Below, one piece after another: positions 62,834 through 64,000 of a stretch of 64,000 bases of DNA (its first letter is position 1; every line of letters begins with the position of its first letter). The stretch is from an uncultured Candidatus Saccharibacteria bacterium (GTDB taxonomy: Bacteria > Patescibacteriota > Doudnabacteria > UBA920 > 2-01-FULL-46-14), in the NCBI GenBank assembly GCA_964565195.1, contig CAZMCQ010000004.1:133-64132 (forward strand), written 5' to 3'. The position numbers and the translations under genes are program-made. The notes beneath the pieces were generated by a model that searched no databases, was not told the origin of the DNA, and saw nothing but the letters and a program-made list of their open reading frames with translations.

Positions 62834-64000
62834 ATATAAAAAGGTTGGTCGTTTTGCTTATCAGGCCGAGTAAATACCACAGTGACGGGTATTTACTGCA
62901 GTTGCTGCGCGGATCGCTCCCGAGCAACAGCCTGGCGGTAATGAACTCTCTGACAGAAGCGGCGTTTAACGGCCCGCTCGCCGATATCGCTCGCAAAGAG
63001 GTTTATGTTTATGATGAGCTGGTCTGCGACGGCCGGGTCCAAGTATCACAACTTATGAAGCGACACGCCCGCGAGGGCACTGTTGTGGTGGCCGGGTTGG
63101 TGGGCGTGCAAACCAATATGTTTCCGCGGGCCTGCGATTTGGCCAAGGAGTTTACTCGCGCCGGCGCGGTTGTGGTCATGGGCGGCTTCCACGTGAGCGG
63201 TTCTATCACCATGCTGCACGACAAGCAACATCCGGTCGGGTCGTGTCCTCATGAGGCGCAACCCTCTGACTGCGAGCTGATGCCGCCCGAGTGCGCAGAG
63301 ATAATGCGCGAGGGTGTAATCATCTTCCACGGCGAGGCGGAAAACCTCTGGCCGGCTGTGCTGGCCGACATCTGCCGCGGGACACCAAAATCCCTTTACC
63401 GGGGCGGGCGGCCCGATCTCGCAAAAGCGCCGCCGCCGAGCTATCCGCCGAATTACTTCAACGGCTTTTTTGGCAAGCTTCGGACCATGGATTCCGGACG
63501 CGGGTGTCCGTTCGACTGCAGTTTCTGCACGATCATCAATGTGCAGGGGCACGATATGCGCTTTCGGACTCTCGATGCGATCAAGGCATGGATCCGCAGC
63601 GCGTGTGCCGTTGACGGCCGGACGTTCTGGTTTTTTACGGACGACAATTTCTGCCGCAATCCTTGCTGGGAAGATATCCTGCTGGCCTGCAGCAATCTCC
63701 AGGCCGAAGGCCTGCAGTTCAGCTTTATGATCCAGTCAGACCTGGCGGCCTGGCGTCTCAAGGGTAAAAAGACCGGGCGTCGTTTCGTCGAACTGCTGGC
63801 AGAAGCCGGTTGTTCGCAGGTCTTCCTCGGTGTCGAATCCGTTCGGCAAGACACGCTGCAGCACACCGGCAAGCCGCAAAACCGGGTTGAGACCTATCAG
63901 CACATGGTCGATCTCTACCACAGTGCCGGCATTGCTTGTCACGCGAGTTTCATCATCGGTTTCCCGGGTGACACGCCGGCAACCGTTGCCGAAGACGTGC
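62834..64000 (+). CDS. Radical SAM protein with an N-terminal B12-binding-like domain (partial; runs off the window).
   Basis: AGGAGG RBS; CxxxCxxC motif GRGCPFDCSFC; the N-terminal Rossmann-like region precedes it. Confidence 0.7.

Noticed and set aside
1-64000. CRISPR arrays, rRNA genes, complete IS elements or transposases.
   Set aside because: There are no regularly spaced direct repeats with unique spacers, no rRNA-like conserved blocks, and no transposase ORFs. The only mobile-element protein signal is the 53-aa integrase relic.

Overview
This is a dense, almost entirely plus-strand bacterial segment of about 64 kb carrying mostly housekeeping genes. They include cdd, msrB, a thermonuclease, a ZIP transporter, a class A PBP, two two-component systems, aguB-aguA, a P-type ATPase, clpB, rpsO-pnp, tgt, glyQS, pepP, metG, tatD, leuS, glyA, uppP, parB, rpmB, and two tRNAs (Leu-CAA and Pro-GGG) that the ORF track cannot show. 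Many neighbouring genes overlap by ATGA or TGATG, which indicates operons. Gene content, PT and poly-Gly linkers and many small membrane proteins fit a small-genome, possibly episymbiotic bacterium, but that is inference only.

Four things stand out. (1) A three-gene, translationally coupled operon at 24.9-31.3 kb sits behind a strong terminator and a near-consensus promoter. It encodes two giant (991 and 1051 aa) charged, low-complexity proteins and a small acidic protein. The second giant protein has three glycine-zipper hydrophobic segments, a Pro-rich linker and an AT-rich C-terminal module whose composition looks foreign. This is a toxin/effector-like locus that I cannot assign to any known family. 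(2) A family of short GC-rich palindromic elements (core CCTCTCCCGCAAGGGGAGAGG and relatives) is inserted in frame into at least 8 conserved genes (tgt, pepP twice, tatD, leuS, a YrdC-like fusion, uppP, parB) and also occurs intergenically. Copies sit in different reading frames, so this is DNA-level spread, much like Rickettsia palindromic elements. (3) A complete YdeN-type serine hydrolase domain, AT-rich, is inserted in frame into LeuRS at the catalytic/CP1 junction. (4) There is a truncated tyrosine-recombinase relic, an intergenic inverted-repeat family, twin palindromic operators, and a VirB2-like pilin fused to an M15 peptidase. Coordinates I derived by hand may be off by 1-2 nt; CDS coordinates follow the ORF track.
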